From positions 20,270 through 84,269 of the forward strand of contig CAJBME010000250.1 in assembly GCA_903954065.1 (NCBI GenBank): DNA of 64,000 bases, given 5' to 3'. Shown here one piece after another: positions 10,354 to 18,705 of this stretch. Every line of letters starts with the position of its first letter. Within the stretch, counting starts at the first letter, position 1. The notes beneath the pieces are model-generated. The model saw nothing but the letters and a program-made list of their open reading frames with translations. It was not told the origin of the DNA and made no database searches. Source of the DNA: an uncultured bacterium (lineage in GTDB: Bacteria > Verrucomicrobiota > Verrucomicrobiia > Verrucomicrobiales > V1-33). The position numbers and the translations under genes are program-made.

Positions 10354-12744
10354 ATGAATATCTTTCCATTACCCGCGGCTGTCCGCGCGTTCGCTGTCCT
10401 GTTAGCGGCCGGTCAGGCCACGGCGCAATCGATTCATGTCGCCTACGAGATTCCCTTCGAACAGCAGGGTAATCAGGCGTTTGATGGGGCGCTCGGCATG
10501 GATTTTGATGTTGATAATACGGTTATCATCAAAAAGTTAGGATGTTTTGATGATTCTTCGGATGGCTTGTTTCGGCCGATTGCGGTGCGATTGTATGATC
10601 GCGACACGCTGGAGGTGGTGGCCTCGATTGATTTTCTGCCGGACGATGCGGGCACGGCGGAGCGGGAGGACGGGGTGCTGGTGGGGGGGAGTCGATTTCT
10701 GGCCTTGCCCGCGCCGCTCACGTTGTCGACGGGATTCCGCGGAACGATCGTGGCGGAAGGGTATGGTCCGGACGAGCGCAATGGAAACCGCAATCCCCCG
10801 CTCCCTTGGACTCAGGATCAGGGGCTGGGGTCGTTGCGGTTCGTGGGCGGCGCCCGCTATAATTTCCCGGTCTCTCCGGGGGCGTATCCCGAAACGGTGG
10901 ATGGCGGCCCGTCCGCTCGCTACGCCGCTGGTACATTTGAATACCAGACGACCGCCCCTGAGCTTCCAGGTATACCCGTCGTGACAGTCGTGCCAGGAAA
11001 GGCGTCCGTCGAACTTTCGTGGCCGCCCGTCACCGTGCCGCTCGCCGCCGCCACCTACCGCATCCTGCGGTCCACGGCGCCAGATGGCGTCTTCGCCCAA
11101 ATCGCGGAAATTCCCGGAACTCAATACATCGATGCGGCCGTGACCAATGACACGCTGTATTGCTATAAAGTCATCGGGGTGTCGGCCAACGGCCGGGTCG
11201 GCCCGGAATCAATCCTCCAATGCGGGCAGCCGGTCGATCTGGGGGCCTCCACTTGGGTGGCGTATGACACACCGTGGGGAGTGGCTGGCAATCAGGCTTT
11301 TGGCGGCAGCTTAGGCATGGACTTCGATGTCACTAATCCAGTCATCATTCGCCAGTTAGGCTGCTTCGATGACATGTCCGATGGATTGTTCGCGCCGATT
11401 ACGGTGCGCCTTTTCAACCGTGATACCGAGGAAATTGTCGCCGAGCACCTGTTCGTTCCGGACGATGCCGGCACGGCGGAGCGCGAGGACGGCCGGTTGA
11501 TTGGGGGTATGCGCTTTGCGTCGCTTCCGGTGCCGATTACTTTGCCAGTAGGGTTTCGTGGCACTATCCAGGCGGACGGTTACGGCGCCATGGAACGCAA
11601 TGCCAACCGGTCGGCCCCCACGCCGTGGACGACGCGCGATGGCGCTGGATCGATTGATTTTGTTGGGGTGTCGCGGTTTGGCGAAGCGGGCCAGTTTCCG
11701 GGCTCGGTTGATGCCGGGCCGGCGGCGCGTTACGGCGCTGGGACGTTTATTTATGAGTCGACGCCGCCGCTTTCTCCAGGTAAGCCGGTGGCTCGTTTGG
11801 CGCGGGCGAAGGAGAATCATGCGGCCACTTTGGAGTGGGAGGCGGTTTTGTTGCCGCTGCCTGCGGTTCGATACGAGGTGTGGCGGGCTGACTCGGTGGA
11901 TGGTCCGTTTCGGCTCATTGGCGAGACGGCTGGGCTGACGTATCGTGATACGGACCTACCTAATGGTGTGGAAAAATGTTATAATGTGCGTGGTATAGCG
12001 GCTGGCGGGCAGGTGGGACCGGAATCGGCGGTATTGTGCACGGTGCCTACGCCGCGGACCGGCGGGATCGCGTATGGGGTGCCGGCTGGGACCTTTGGCA
12101 ATCAGTCATTTGGTGGGGCGCTGGGCATGCATTTTGATGTCGAGGCCCCGGTGGAGGTGACGCGTTTGGGTGTTTTCGACAGCGGATCGGACGGGTTGTT
12201 CCGGTCGTTGGCGGTGCGGTTGTACAATCGGGACACGTTGGAGGTGGTAGCGGCGTTGGCCTTTGCGCCGGACGACGAAGGTGAGTTGGTGGAGGGCAGT
12301 CGTTTCAAGGATCTGGCGGTGCCATTGGTGTTACCGTCCGGTTTTCGTGGCAGCATTGTGGCCAGCGGTTACGGCGAGGGTGAGCCCAATGGCAACGTGG
12401 GGGCGCTTGATCTCGGTCTGACTCAGCAGGATGGCGCCTGTCTCCGATTCACCGGCAGCTCGAGTTTTGGGCTCGATCCGGACGGCTACGCGGATCAGCC
12501 GGATGCAGGGCCGTCCAACCGCTACGCTGCCGGGACGTTCGCTTTTGCCCCGGTCACCCCCGAAGGAAGATTGACCATCGCACCGGCCGTCGGTGGAGTC
12601 GCCATCGGATGGACTGCTCCAGAGGCCGCGCTGGAACAGAGTGACAGCCTTGCGCCCGGATCATGGCAGCTGGTGCCTAAAGCCACCCCCGGCATGATCG
12701 TGCCAGCGACGGAAGCCCGGCGGTTTTTCCGGCTCAGCTGGTGA
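10354..12744 (+). CDS. Secreted protein with three DUF4082-like repeats alternating with FN3-like domains
   Basis: Signal peptide. Three copies of GNQxFxGxLGMxFDV..LGxFD..DGL..GFRG..RYxAGTF. FN3-like linkers. Ends RRFFRLSW. Confidence 0.8.
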   Translation: MNIFPLPAAVRAFAVLLAAGQATAQSIHVAYEIPFEQQGNQAFDGALGMDFDVDNTVIIKKLGCFDDSSDGLFRPIAVRLYDRDTLEVVASIDFLPDDAGTAEREDGVLVGGSRFLALPAPLTLSTGFRGTIVAEGYGPDERNGNRNPPLPWTQDQGLGSLRFVGGARYNFPVSPGAYPETVDGGPSARYAAGTFEYQTTAPELPGIPVVTVVPGKASVELSWPPVTVPLAAATYRILRSTAPDGVFAQIAEIPGTQYIDAAVTNDTLYCYKVIGVSANGRVGPESILQCGQPVDLGASTWVAYDTPWGVAGNQAFGGSLGMDFDVTNPVIIRQLGCFDDMSDGLFAPITVRLFNRDTEEIVAEHLFVPDDAGTAEREDGRLIGGMRFASLPVPITLPVGFRGTIQADGYGAMERNANRSAPTPWTTRDGAGSIDFVGVSRFGEAGQFPGSVDAGPAARYGAGTFIYESTPPLSPGKPVARLARAKENHAATLEWEAVLLPLPAVRYEVWRADSVDGPFRLIGETAGLTYRDTDLPNGVEKCYNVRGIAAGGQVGPESAVLCTVPTPRTGGIAYGVPAGTFGNQSFGGALGMHFDVEAPVEVTRLGVFDSGSDGLFRSLAVRLYNRDTLEVVAALAFAPDDEGELVEGSRFKDLAVPLVLPSGFRGSIVASGYGEGEPNGNVGALDLGLTQQDGACLRFTGSSSFGLDPDGYADQPDAGPSNRYAAGTFAFAPVTPEGRLTIAPAVGGVAIGWTAPEAALEQSDSLAPGSWQLVPKATPGMIVPATEARRFFRLSW

Positions 12745-12762
12745 AGAGAAGTGAAGATCTAT

Positions 12763-12789
12763 GCCGGCCGCCCTGCGGTCGGCTTTTTT
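12763..12789 (+). terminator. Intrinsic terminator
   Basis: GCCGGCCGC-cct-GCGGTCGGC stem followed by T6, just after the stop at 12744. Confidence 0.7.
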
Positions 12790-12790
12790 C

Positions 12791-14422
12791 TCAAGCGGGC
12801 AGCGAAGCGGCCGCTGCCTCCGACAGCGCCTGCGACAATTTCTGCAGGTCAAACGGCTTCGGCAGCGCCGAAATGTAGCCGAGCTGCAACAGGTCGCCAT
12901 GCATGCCCGCCTCAATGGCGCCGCTTGAGGCAATGACCCGTGCACACGGATCAAGCTGACGGATTTCGCGCATGGCATCATCTCCGCTGTGGCCACCCGG
13001 AAGGGTGAGATCCATCAATACTAGCTGGAAAGGCCGCCCCTCCAAAAACCGGCGGCGATATCGGTCCACGGCTTCTTCGCCCGTGGCCGCTTCTTCCGCT
13101 TCATATCCCAGAGCATCGAGGCTGGACCGGACAGCGGCTCGTACTACATGTTGGTCATCAACGATAAGCACACTTCCAAATCCTGCGGACGGCGGGATCT
13201 CGAGCATGGTCGGCGGGGCTGGTCGCTCGAGTTTTTCCGCCGGGCAGGCGGGAAGGTGCACGATGAATTCCGTGCCCATGCCGGGGGTTGAGCTCACGGT
13301 GATCATGCCTTCGTGGCTGCGCACGATGTGCCAACTTGAAGCGAGGCCGAGGCCGTTACCGGTCTTTTTGGTGGTGAAGTTGCGCTTAAAAATGTTGGGA
13401 AGGACGGCGGCTGGGATGCCGGTGCCTCGGTCATGCACGCTGATGGCGACGTAGGGACCGGCGGGCAGCTCGTCGATTTCGCCCTCGCTGAGCATGACAT
13501 TTTTAGCGGCGGCCAAGATGTGACCGCCTTCTGGCATCGCTTGGGAGGCATTGATCAACAGGTTATGAATGACCTGTTTGATGCGTGTCTTATCGATCCG
13601 GGTTAGCCACAGATCGGGTGTAATTTCGAGGTGGTGGCGGCAGTTGGAGCCGGAGAGTGTGAGGTGGGCGCATTCGCTCAGCAAGTGGCCTGGATCGGCC
13701 AGTCCTGTGACCGGGGTGCCACCGCGGGCGAATTCCATCAACTGGTCGGCTAACTCCTTGGCTTGGCGGGCGCTGCCTGAGGCTCGCTCGAGAAATTCAC
13801 GATAGGCATCCACCCCGCGCGGTTGTGCGCCGGCATTGGAAATATTCAGCATCACCGCCGTCAGCTGGTTGCGGAAATCGTGGGCGATGCCGCTGGCAAT
13901 GACTTCGAGATTTTCCAGACGCGCCATCTGATGCAGGAAATCCTCCTCAGGTTCCTCCTGCCGCAGCGGTGTGGCTACGGTCGAGACGGTCGGGGACTCG
14001 TCAGCGACCGTCACGATGAAATTCAGGAGGCGATCGTCGGTATCGCGGACGGCGCTGACAGTCCAGCGGCAGGGACGATCTGTTCCACTCGCCGTCACGA
14101 GTTGCGCCCGAGTCACCGCTGCACGGCTAACCTGAGCCACCCGGGGTAAAAGGGCCAGAAATTCACCCAGACGCGCCGAATCAAAAACATCAGCCAGCGG
14201 CCGACCCAATAATTCCTCCGGTCGCCGACCCGTCATCCGGCAAATCCCGCGATTCACAAACATGATTTGCGGGCCCAACCCGGCCGCCGGCAGCGTCTCC
14301 ACCACCAGTGCCCCTTCGGCAATCTGATCCACCAGCACCCGAAGGTGACGGTTGACGGCGCTAAGATGGTGCACCTGTTGCTGAAGTCCGGCGTCTGACA
14401 CAATAAATGATTCCCCCCGCAA
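12791..14422 (-). CDS. PAS-domain hybrid histidine kinase with C-terminal receiver
   Basis: PAS (FVNRGICRMTG), H-box GIAHDFRN, N-box NLLINASQAM, DRGTGI, FTTK..GLGL, receiver VLIVDD..LMDLTLP..KPF. Start uncertain. Confidence 0.92.
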   Translation of the reverse strand: MRGESFIVSDAGLQQQVHHLSAVNRHLRVLVDQIAEGALVVETLPAAGLGPQIMFVNRGICRMTGRRPEELLGRPLADVFDSARLGEFLALLPRVAQVSRAAVTRAQLVTASGTDRPCRWTVSAVRDTDDRLLNFIVTVADESPTVSTVATPLRQEEPEEDFLHQMARLENLEVIASGIAHDFRNQLTAVMLNISNAGAQPRGVDAYREFLERASGSARQAKELADQLMEFARGGTPVTGLADPGHLLSECAHLTLSGSNCRHHLEITPDLWLTRIDKTRIKQVIHNLLINASQAMPEGGHILAAAKNVMLSEGEIDELPAGPYVAISVHDRGTGIPAAVLPNIFKRNFTTKKTGNGLGLASSWHIVRSHEGMITVSSTPGMGTEFIVHLPACPAEKLERPAPPTMLEIPPSAGFGSVLIVDDQHVVRAAVRSSLDALGYEAEEAATGEEAVDRYRRRFLEGRPFQLVLMDLTLPGGHSGDDAMREIRQLDPCARVIASSGAIEAGMHGDLLQLGYISALPKPFDLQKLSQALSEAAAASLPA

Positions 14423-14529
14423 TCGGGCGGTCTATCATGTCAATTTACTTAAGCAAAGCGAAATTTTCTCCGACTTGGTAGTTTTTCGCATTTTTGCCAT
14501 AAAAAGCTGATGGGCGCACCGCGTTATTT

Positions 14530-14545
14530 TGTCTCACATGAGACA
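14530..14545. promoter_or_regulatory. Palindrome TGTCTCA-CA-TGAGACA, candidate enhancer (UAS) for a sigma54 activator
   Basis: Perfect 7-bp inverted repeat fitting TGT-N10-ACA, about 110 bp upstream of the -24/-12 element. Confidence 0.5.
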
Positions 14546-14655
14546 TGATGCGCTCATCATTCCCTTGTGTTTCTGATGAACTAGTGGCCGCAGGGGGGAG
14601 TATTTCGTCTTCAAACTCAGCGAGGCAGCCGCTTTCAGGGAGCGCGATGGATGGC

Positions 14656-14671
14656 TGGCACGCCGCTTGCA
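14656..14671 (+). promoter_or_regulatory. Sigma54 (-24/-12) promoter upstream of clpC
   Basis: TGGCACGCCGCTTGCA matches TGGCACG-N4-TTGCW with exact GG-N10-GC spacing, about 100 bp before the ATG. Confidence 0.75.
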
Positions 14672-14768
14672 TTGAAAAAGATACCGCTGGGTTGAAACCT
14701 TGGCGATTGCCCGTAGCGTTACCCCAAGTCTACAATCAATCGCCGTCTTCTCTGGCGGCACTCGTGCC

Positions 14769-17309
14769 ATGAACAACTTTACCCCCAGAGCCCAGCAAGT
14801 GCTTGCGCTCGCCCGCAAAGAGGCAGACCGCTTCAACCACAACTATGTCGGCACCGAACACTTGTTGCTCGGGCTGATCAAGTTGGGCCAGGGCGTCGCC
14901 GTCAACGTGCTTCAGAAGCTCGGTCTCGATTTGGAGACGGTGCGTATGGAGGTGGAGAAACAAGTCGGCACGGGTTCCGATCAGCAGATGATGGGCAATA
15001 TCCCGTATACTCCGCGGGTGAAAAAAGTGCTCGCTTTGGCTGGCAAGGAAGCGCGCGCCCTGAACCACAGTTATGTTGGCACTGAGCATATTTTGCTCGG
15101 TCTGCTCCGTGAAGGAGAAGGCGTGGCCGCCCGTGTTCTGAAGTCGCTGGACGTCGATATCGAGCGCACCCGTCAAGAAATCCTCAAAGAATTGGATCCC
15201 AATTTCACTCCCAGCGATGAAGAGGAAGGTGCCACCGAGGCATTTGGCCAGTCGCCGGAAGGTGGCAAAGAGACGGCCTCGGCGGGGGGCGGGAAAAAAG
15301 ACAGCAAAATGCCCGCCCTGCGCGCTTTCGGTCGCGACTTGACCGAACTCGCTCAAAAAGGCGAAATGGATCCAGTCATCGGTCGGCAAGGCGAAATCGA
15401 GCGGGTCATCCAAATCCTCTGCCGCCGGACCAAAAACAATCCTGTCCTCATCGGTGAAGCCGGTGTCGGCAAAACGGCCATCGTCGAAGGACTGGCTCAG
15501 GAAATCGTCGGCGGCAATGTGCCGGAAATCCTGCGCGACAAAAAAGTCATCACCCTCGACCTCGCCCTGATGGTCGCAGGCACCAAATACCGCGGCCAGT
15601 TCGAAGAACGCATCAAGGCCGTCATGGATGAGATCCGGCGCAATAAGAACATCATCCTCTTCATCGACGAACTTCATACCATCGTTGGAGCCGGGAGCGC
15701 GGAAGGCGCCATGGACGCCAGCAACATCATCAAACCCGCCCTCTCTCGCGGTGAAATGCAATGCGTCGGCGCCACCACCCTGACAGAATATCGCAAATAC
15801 ATCGAAAAAGACGCCGCCCTCGAACGCCGGTTCCAGACGGTCAAAGTCGAGGAACCAAGCGCCGAAGACGCTGTGAAAATTTTGCGCGGCATCCGTCCGA
15901 AATACGAAGCTCACCACAAGGCCGTCATCTCCGACGCCGCCGTCGAAGCAGCCGTCAAATTGTCGGAACGCTACCTCACTTCACGCTTCCTGCCGGACAA
16001 GGCCATCGATATCATGGACGAAGCCGGATCGCGCGCCCGCATTCAAGCGACGACCCGTCCTCCGGAAATCAAAGAGATCGAAGCGGAAATCGACGTCATC
16101 CGCGTCGACAAAGAAGGGGCCATCCGGGATCAGGATTTTGAGAAGGCCGCGGCCTTGCGCGATCAGGAAAAACAAGCCAAGCGCAAACTGGAAGAGGTGC
16201 TGGAGAACTGGCGCCGCAATTCTGATGAGAAGCGGGTCGATGTCACTGAGGACGATATTTTGTCGGTGGTGGCCAAGTGGACGGGTATCCCGCTCAAGCG
16301 CATGGAGACGAGTGAGGCGCAAAAATTGCTCGCCATGGATGGTGATCTCAAAGGCAAAGTGATTGGCCAGGACTTGGCGGTGGTGGCCATTTCCAAGGCG
16401 CTGCGCCGGTCGCGTGCTGACTTAAAGGACCCGCGTCGTCCGATTGGTAGCTTCCTTTTCCTCGGGCCTACCGGGGTGGGTAAAACGTTTTTGGCCCGCA
16501 ATCTGGCGGAATTCATGTTCGGGGATCCGGATGCTCTCATCCAGCTCGACATGTCGGAGTACATGGAAAAATTCACGGCCAGCCGTCTGATTGGTTCGCC
16601 TCCCGGGTACGTGGGGTATGAAGAAGGCGGTCAGTTGAGTGAGGCGGTTCGCCGTCGTCCGTATTCAGTCGTGTTGTTCGACGAAGTGGAAAAGGCGCAT
16701 CCGGACGTGATGCATTTGCTGCTTCAGATTCTCGAAGAAGGGACGCTGACCGACAGCTTCGGCCGGAAAATCGACTTCCGGAATACCATCATCATCCTGA
16801 CGTCGAATGTCGGCGCGGAACTCATTCGCCGTCAAAGCGCTCTCGGTTTCGGCGCCATGGCCGCGTCCGCCAATGAACAGGATTACGACGGCATGAGATC
16901 AAAAATCATGGAGGCCTCTAAGAAATTCTTTAAACCAGAATTCCTCAATCGCCTCGATGACCTCATCGTCTTCCGCATGCTCGAAAAACCTGATCTCGCG
17001 AAAATCGTCGATCTCGAGATCCAAAAGGTCACCGGCCGCATCGCGAAGAAACAAATTTCGCTGGTGCTCAATGAAGCCGCCCGTGACTTGCTCATCGAAG
17101 AAGGTCACGACCCTCAATACGGCGCCCGTCCGATGCGCCGCGCCGTCGAACGCTATCTCGAAGACCCGTTTGCCGAAGCTCTGCTCCGCGGGCAAATCAA
17201 GGAAGGCGATGCCGTCACCGTCACGCGTAAGCTGGGTGAAAAAGCACTGGAATTCCATCCAAAATCACCAACCACCGGCAACGGTGAGCCAGTGAGCACC
17301 GCTGAATAG
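14769..17309 (+). CDS. clpC: ATP-dependent Clp protease ATP-binding subunit ClpC
   Basis: Two Clp-N repeats (GTEHLLLGL), Walker A motifs GEAGVGKT and [11 protein letters not shown]-type middle domain ([11 protein letters not shown]), LGF ClpP-docking loop. Confidence 0.96.
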   Translation: MNNFTPRAQQVLALARKEADRFNHNYVGTEHLLLGLIKLGQGVAVNVLQKLGLDLETVRMEVEKQVGTGSDQQMMGNIPYTPRVKKVLALAGKEARALNHSYVGTEHILLGLLREGEGVAARVLKSLDVDIERTRQEILKELDPNFTPSDEEEGATEAFGQSPEGGKETASAGGGKKDSKMPALRAFGRDLTELAQKGEMDPVIGRQGEIERVIQILCRRTKNNPVLIGEAGVGKTAIVEGLAQEIVGGNVPEILRDKKVITLDLALMVAGTKYRGQFEERIKAVMDEIRRNKNIILFIDELHTIVGAGSAEGAMDASNIIKPALSRGEMQCVGATTLTEYRKYIEKDAALERRFQTVKVEEPSAEDAVKILRGIRPKYEAHHKAVISDAAVEAAVKLSERYLTSRFLPDKAIDIMDEAGSRARIQATTRPPEIKEIEAEIDVIRVDKEGAIRDQDFEKAAALRDQEKQAKRKLEEVLENWRRNSDEKRVDVTEDDILSVVAKWTGIPLKRMETSEAQKLLAMDGDLKGKVIGQDLAVVAISKALRRSRADLKDPRRPIGSFLFLGPTGVGKTFLARNLAEFMFGDPDALIQLDMSEYMEKFTASRLIGSPPGYVGYEEGGQLSEAVRRRPYSVVLFDEVEKAHPDVMHLLLQILEEGTLTDSFGRKIDFRNTIIILTSNVGAELIRRQSALGFGAMAASANEQDYDGMRSKIMEASKKFFKPEFLNRLDDLIVFRMLEKPDLAKIVDLEIQKVTGRIAKKQISLVLNEAARDLLIEEGHDPQYGARPMRRAVERYLEDPFAEALLRGQIKEGDAVTVTRKLGEKALEFHPKSPTTGNGEPVSTAE

Positions 17310-17326
17310 TTTTCGCGACATGAGGG

Positions 17327-17467
17327 CCCCGGGAGCGCCGACGTCCTCGTCGGCTGCTCTTAAATGGCCGCAGGCCACACCCCTCAAGCCCCCGACACGA
17401 TCTCCCCAATCGGCCCCTCGGGGGCGGGCGTTCAACACCGGCCGACGAGACGTCGGCGTTCCCGGGG
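17327..17467. repeat. Inverted pair of GGAG-type REP elements (REPIN-like)
   Basis: CCCCGGGAGCGCCGACGTCCTCGTCGGC (17327-17354) and near-perfect reverse complement (17441-17467). A third copy lies at 25513-25539. Confidence 0.75.
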
Positions 17468-17639
17468 GGGGCGCTGACCCCGGAGCCGCCCGGTCTGTGA
17501 AGCGAAGCCGGACCCGACCGTGACGGCCCGGGCCTCACCGACCGACTTTTTGGCAAGGCCCGGTGACTCGATGCGTCAAAGCAGTTTCGTATCCGTGCCC
17601 AAAATGACCTGAGCCCTCAAAGGGCAACCTCAACTGGAA

Positions 17640-17711
17640 AATTCAGAATTCAGAATTAAACATTCAGAATTCTGCGCAGTAGCTTCCCTCCTTCATTCAA
17701 AATTCAAAATC
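17640..17711. repeat. AT-rich heptamer tandem repeats (ATTCAGA/ATTCAAA)
   Basis: aattcagaattcagaattaaacattcagaattc ... cattcaaaattcaaaatc. Confidence 0.65.
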
Positions 17712-17726
17712 CTCCACAAGGCACCC

Positions 17727-18107
17727 ATGTCCCGCATCTCCGAAGATCAACGGCTCTTGCTTATTGCGGCTCTCAAAGCCTTTAAGCCGGCGGTAGTTTA
17801 TGTTTTCGGCTCCTTCGGAACACCGTCGCAACATCAGGGCAGCGACATCGACATCGCCTTCCTTCCAACGGTTGTCGTGGATCCCATGGATTGCTTTCGA
17901 ATTGCCGGCCAGCTCGCTGAGCCATTCGGAAGGCACGTCGACCTCGTCAATCTTGCCGAAGCCAGCACTGTGTTTTCGAAAGAAGTCCTCCGCACGGGAA
18001 TTCCGATCGCCATCGAATCTCCTGCCCTACAACAACAATTCGAAATGCTGACGCTAGCGGACTACGCTCGCCTCAACGAGGAACGCCAAGCCGTTCTCGC
18101 CTCATGA
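17727..18107 (+). CDS. mntA: MntA-type minimal nucleotidyltransferase antitoxin
   Basis: VYVFGS-x10-DIDIA (GSX10DXD) and VDLVNL; overlaps the HepT start (ATGA). Confidence 0.88.
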   Translation: MSRISEDQRLLLIAALKAFKPAVVYVFGSFGTPSQHQGSDIDIAFLPTVVVDPMDCFRIAGQLAEPFGRHVDLVNLAEASTVFSKEVLRTGIPIAIESPALQQQFEMLTLADYARLNEERQAVLAS

Positions 18108-18505
18108 TCGACGACATCGACCTCAACAAAGCCGCGATCATCCGACGTTGCCTCAAGCGCATCTCGGAGGAATACCGCGGTAACCCGAGCCGGCTCGACG
18201 ATTTCACCATTCAGGACTCCATTGTTCTCAACCTGCTTCGCGCTTGCGAGGCCGCAATTGATCTCGCGATGCACCGCGTGGCCCAGGGACGCTTTGGAAT
18301 CCCCCAAACCAGCCGCGATTCATTCCAACTTCTGGCTCAAAACGGCATACTCAGCCACGCTTCCGCTACCGCCATGAAACACATGGTGGGATTCCGGAAC
18401 ATCGCGGTACACAACTACCAGAATATCCAACTCCCCATTCTCCAAGCCATCGTTGAAAAGCATCTCGTGGACTTCGAATCCTACCTCGGTGAACTCTCAC
18501 TCTGA
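18104..18505 (+). CDS. hepT: HepT / DUF86 HEPN ribonuclease toxin
   Basis: GFRNIAVHNY gives the RX4HXY HEPN motif, including the Tyr modified by MntA in characterised systems. Confidence 0.9.
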   Translation: MIDDIDLNKAAIIRRCLKRISEEYRGNPSRLDDFTIQDSIVLNLLRACEAAIDLAMHRVAQGRFGIPQTSRDSFQLLAQNGILSHASATAMKHMVGFRNIAVHNYQNIQLPILQAIVEKHLVDFESYLGELSL

Positions 18506-18540
18506 CGAGGAGCCTTGTTTCTCGTGCTTCGTTGCCACCA

Positions 18541-18621
18541 AGCTGACGGGGCAACGCCTACCAGCCCAGGGTGCAACCCTGGGGATAGGACGAATTAACG
18601 AAAAGCGTTCTGAAGGAACGC
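18541..18621. repeat. REP-like palindromic repeat cluster
   Basis: AGCCCAGGG-tgcaa-CCCTGGG hairpin and GCGTTC-tgaag-GAACGC hairpin; resembles the arm starting at 25292. Confidence 0.55.
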
Positions 18622-18705
18622 CACATAAGAAGGGCGTGCAGGCCCGGATTCGTGCTCGTGTCGATGCTCAGGCCGAGGTTCGTGCCGACGGGTGATAAAG
18701 GCGTT

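Noticed and set aside
14736-15917. 393-aa minus-strand ORF and similar long antisense ORFs (e.g. 28185-29087, 34251-35231, 41367-42140, 56419-57177, 60017-60778)
   Set aside because: They shadow well-supported genes on the opposite strand, as expected from GC-rich codon bias, and show no recognisable motifs.
17327-17711. Possible CRISPR array or integron attC cassettes
   Set aside because: No regularly spaced identical direct repeats with unique spacers, no cas or integrase gene, and no clear attC core sites; better explained as REP and heptamer repeats.
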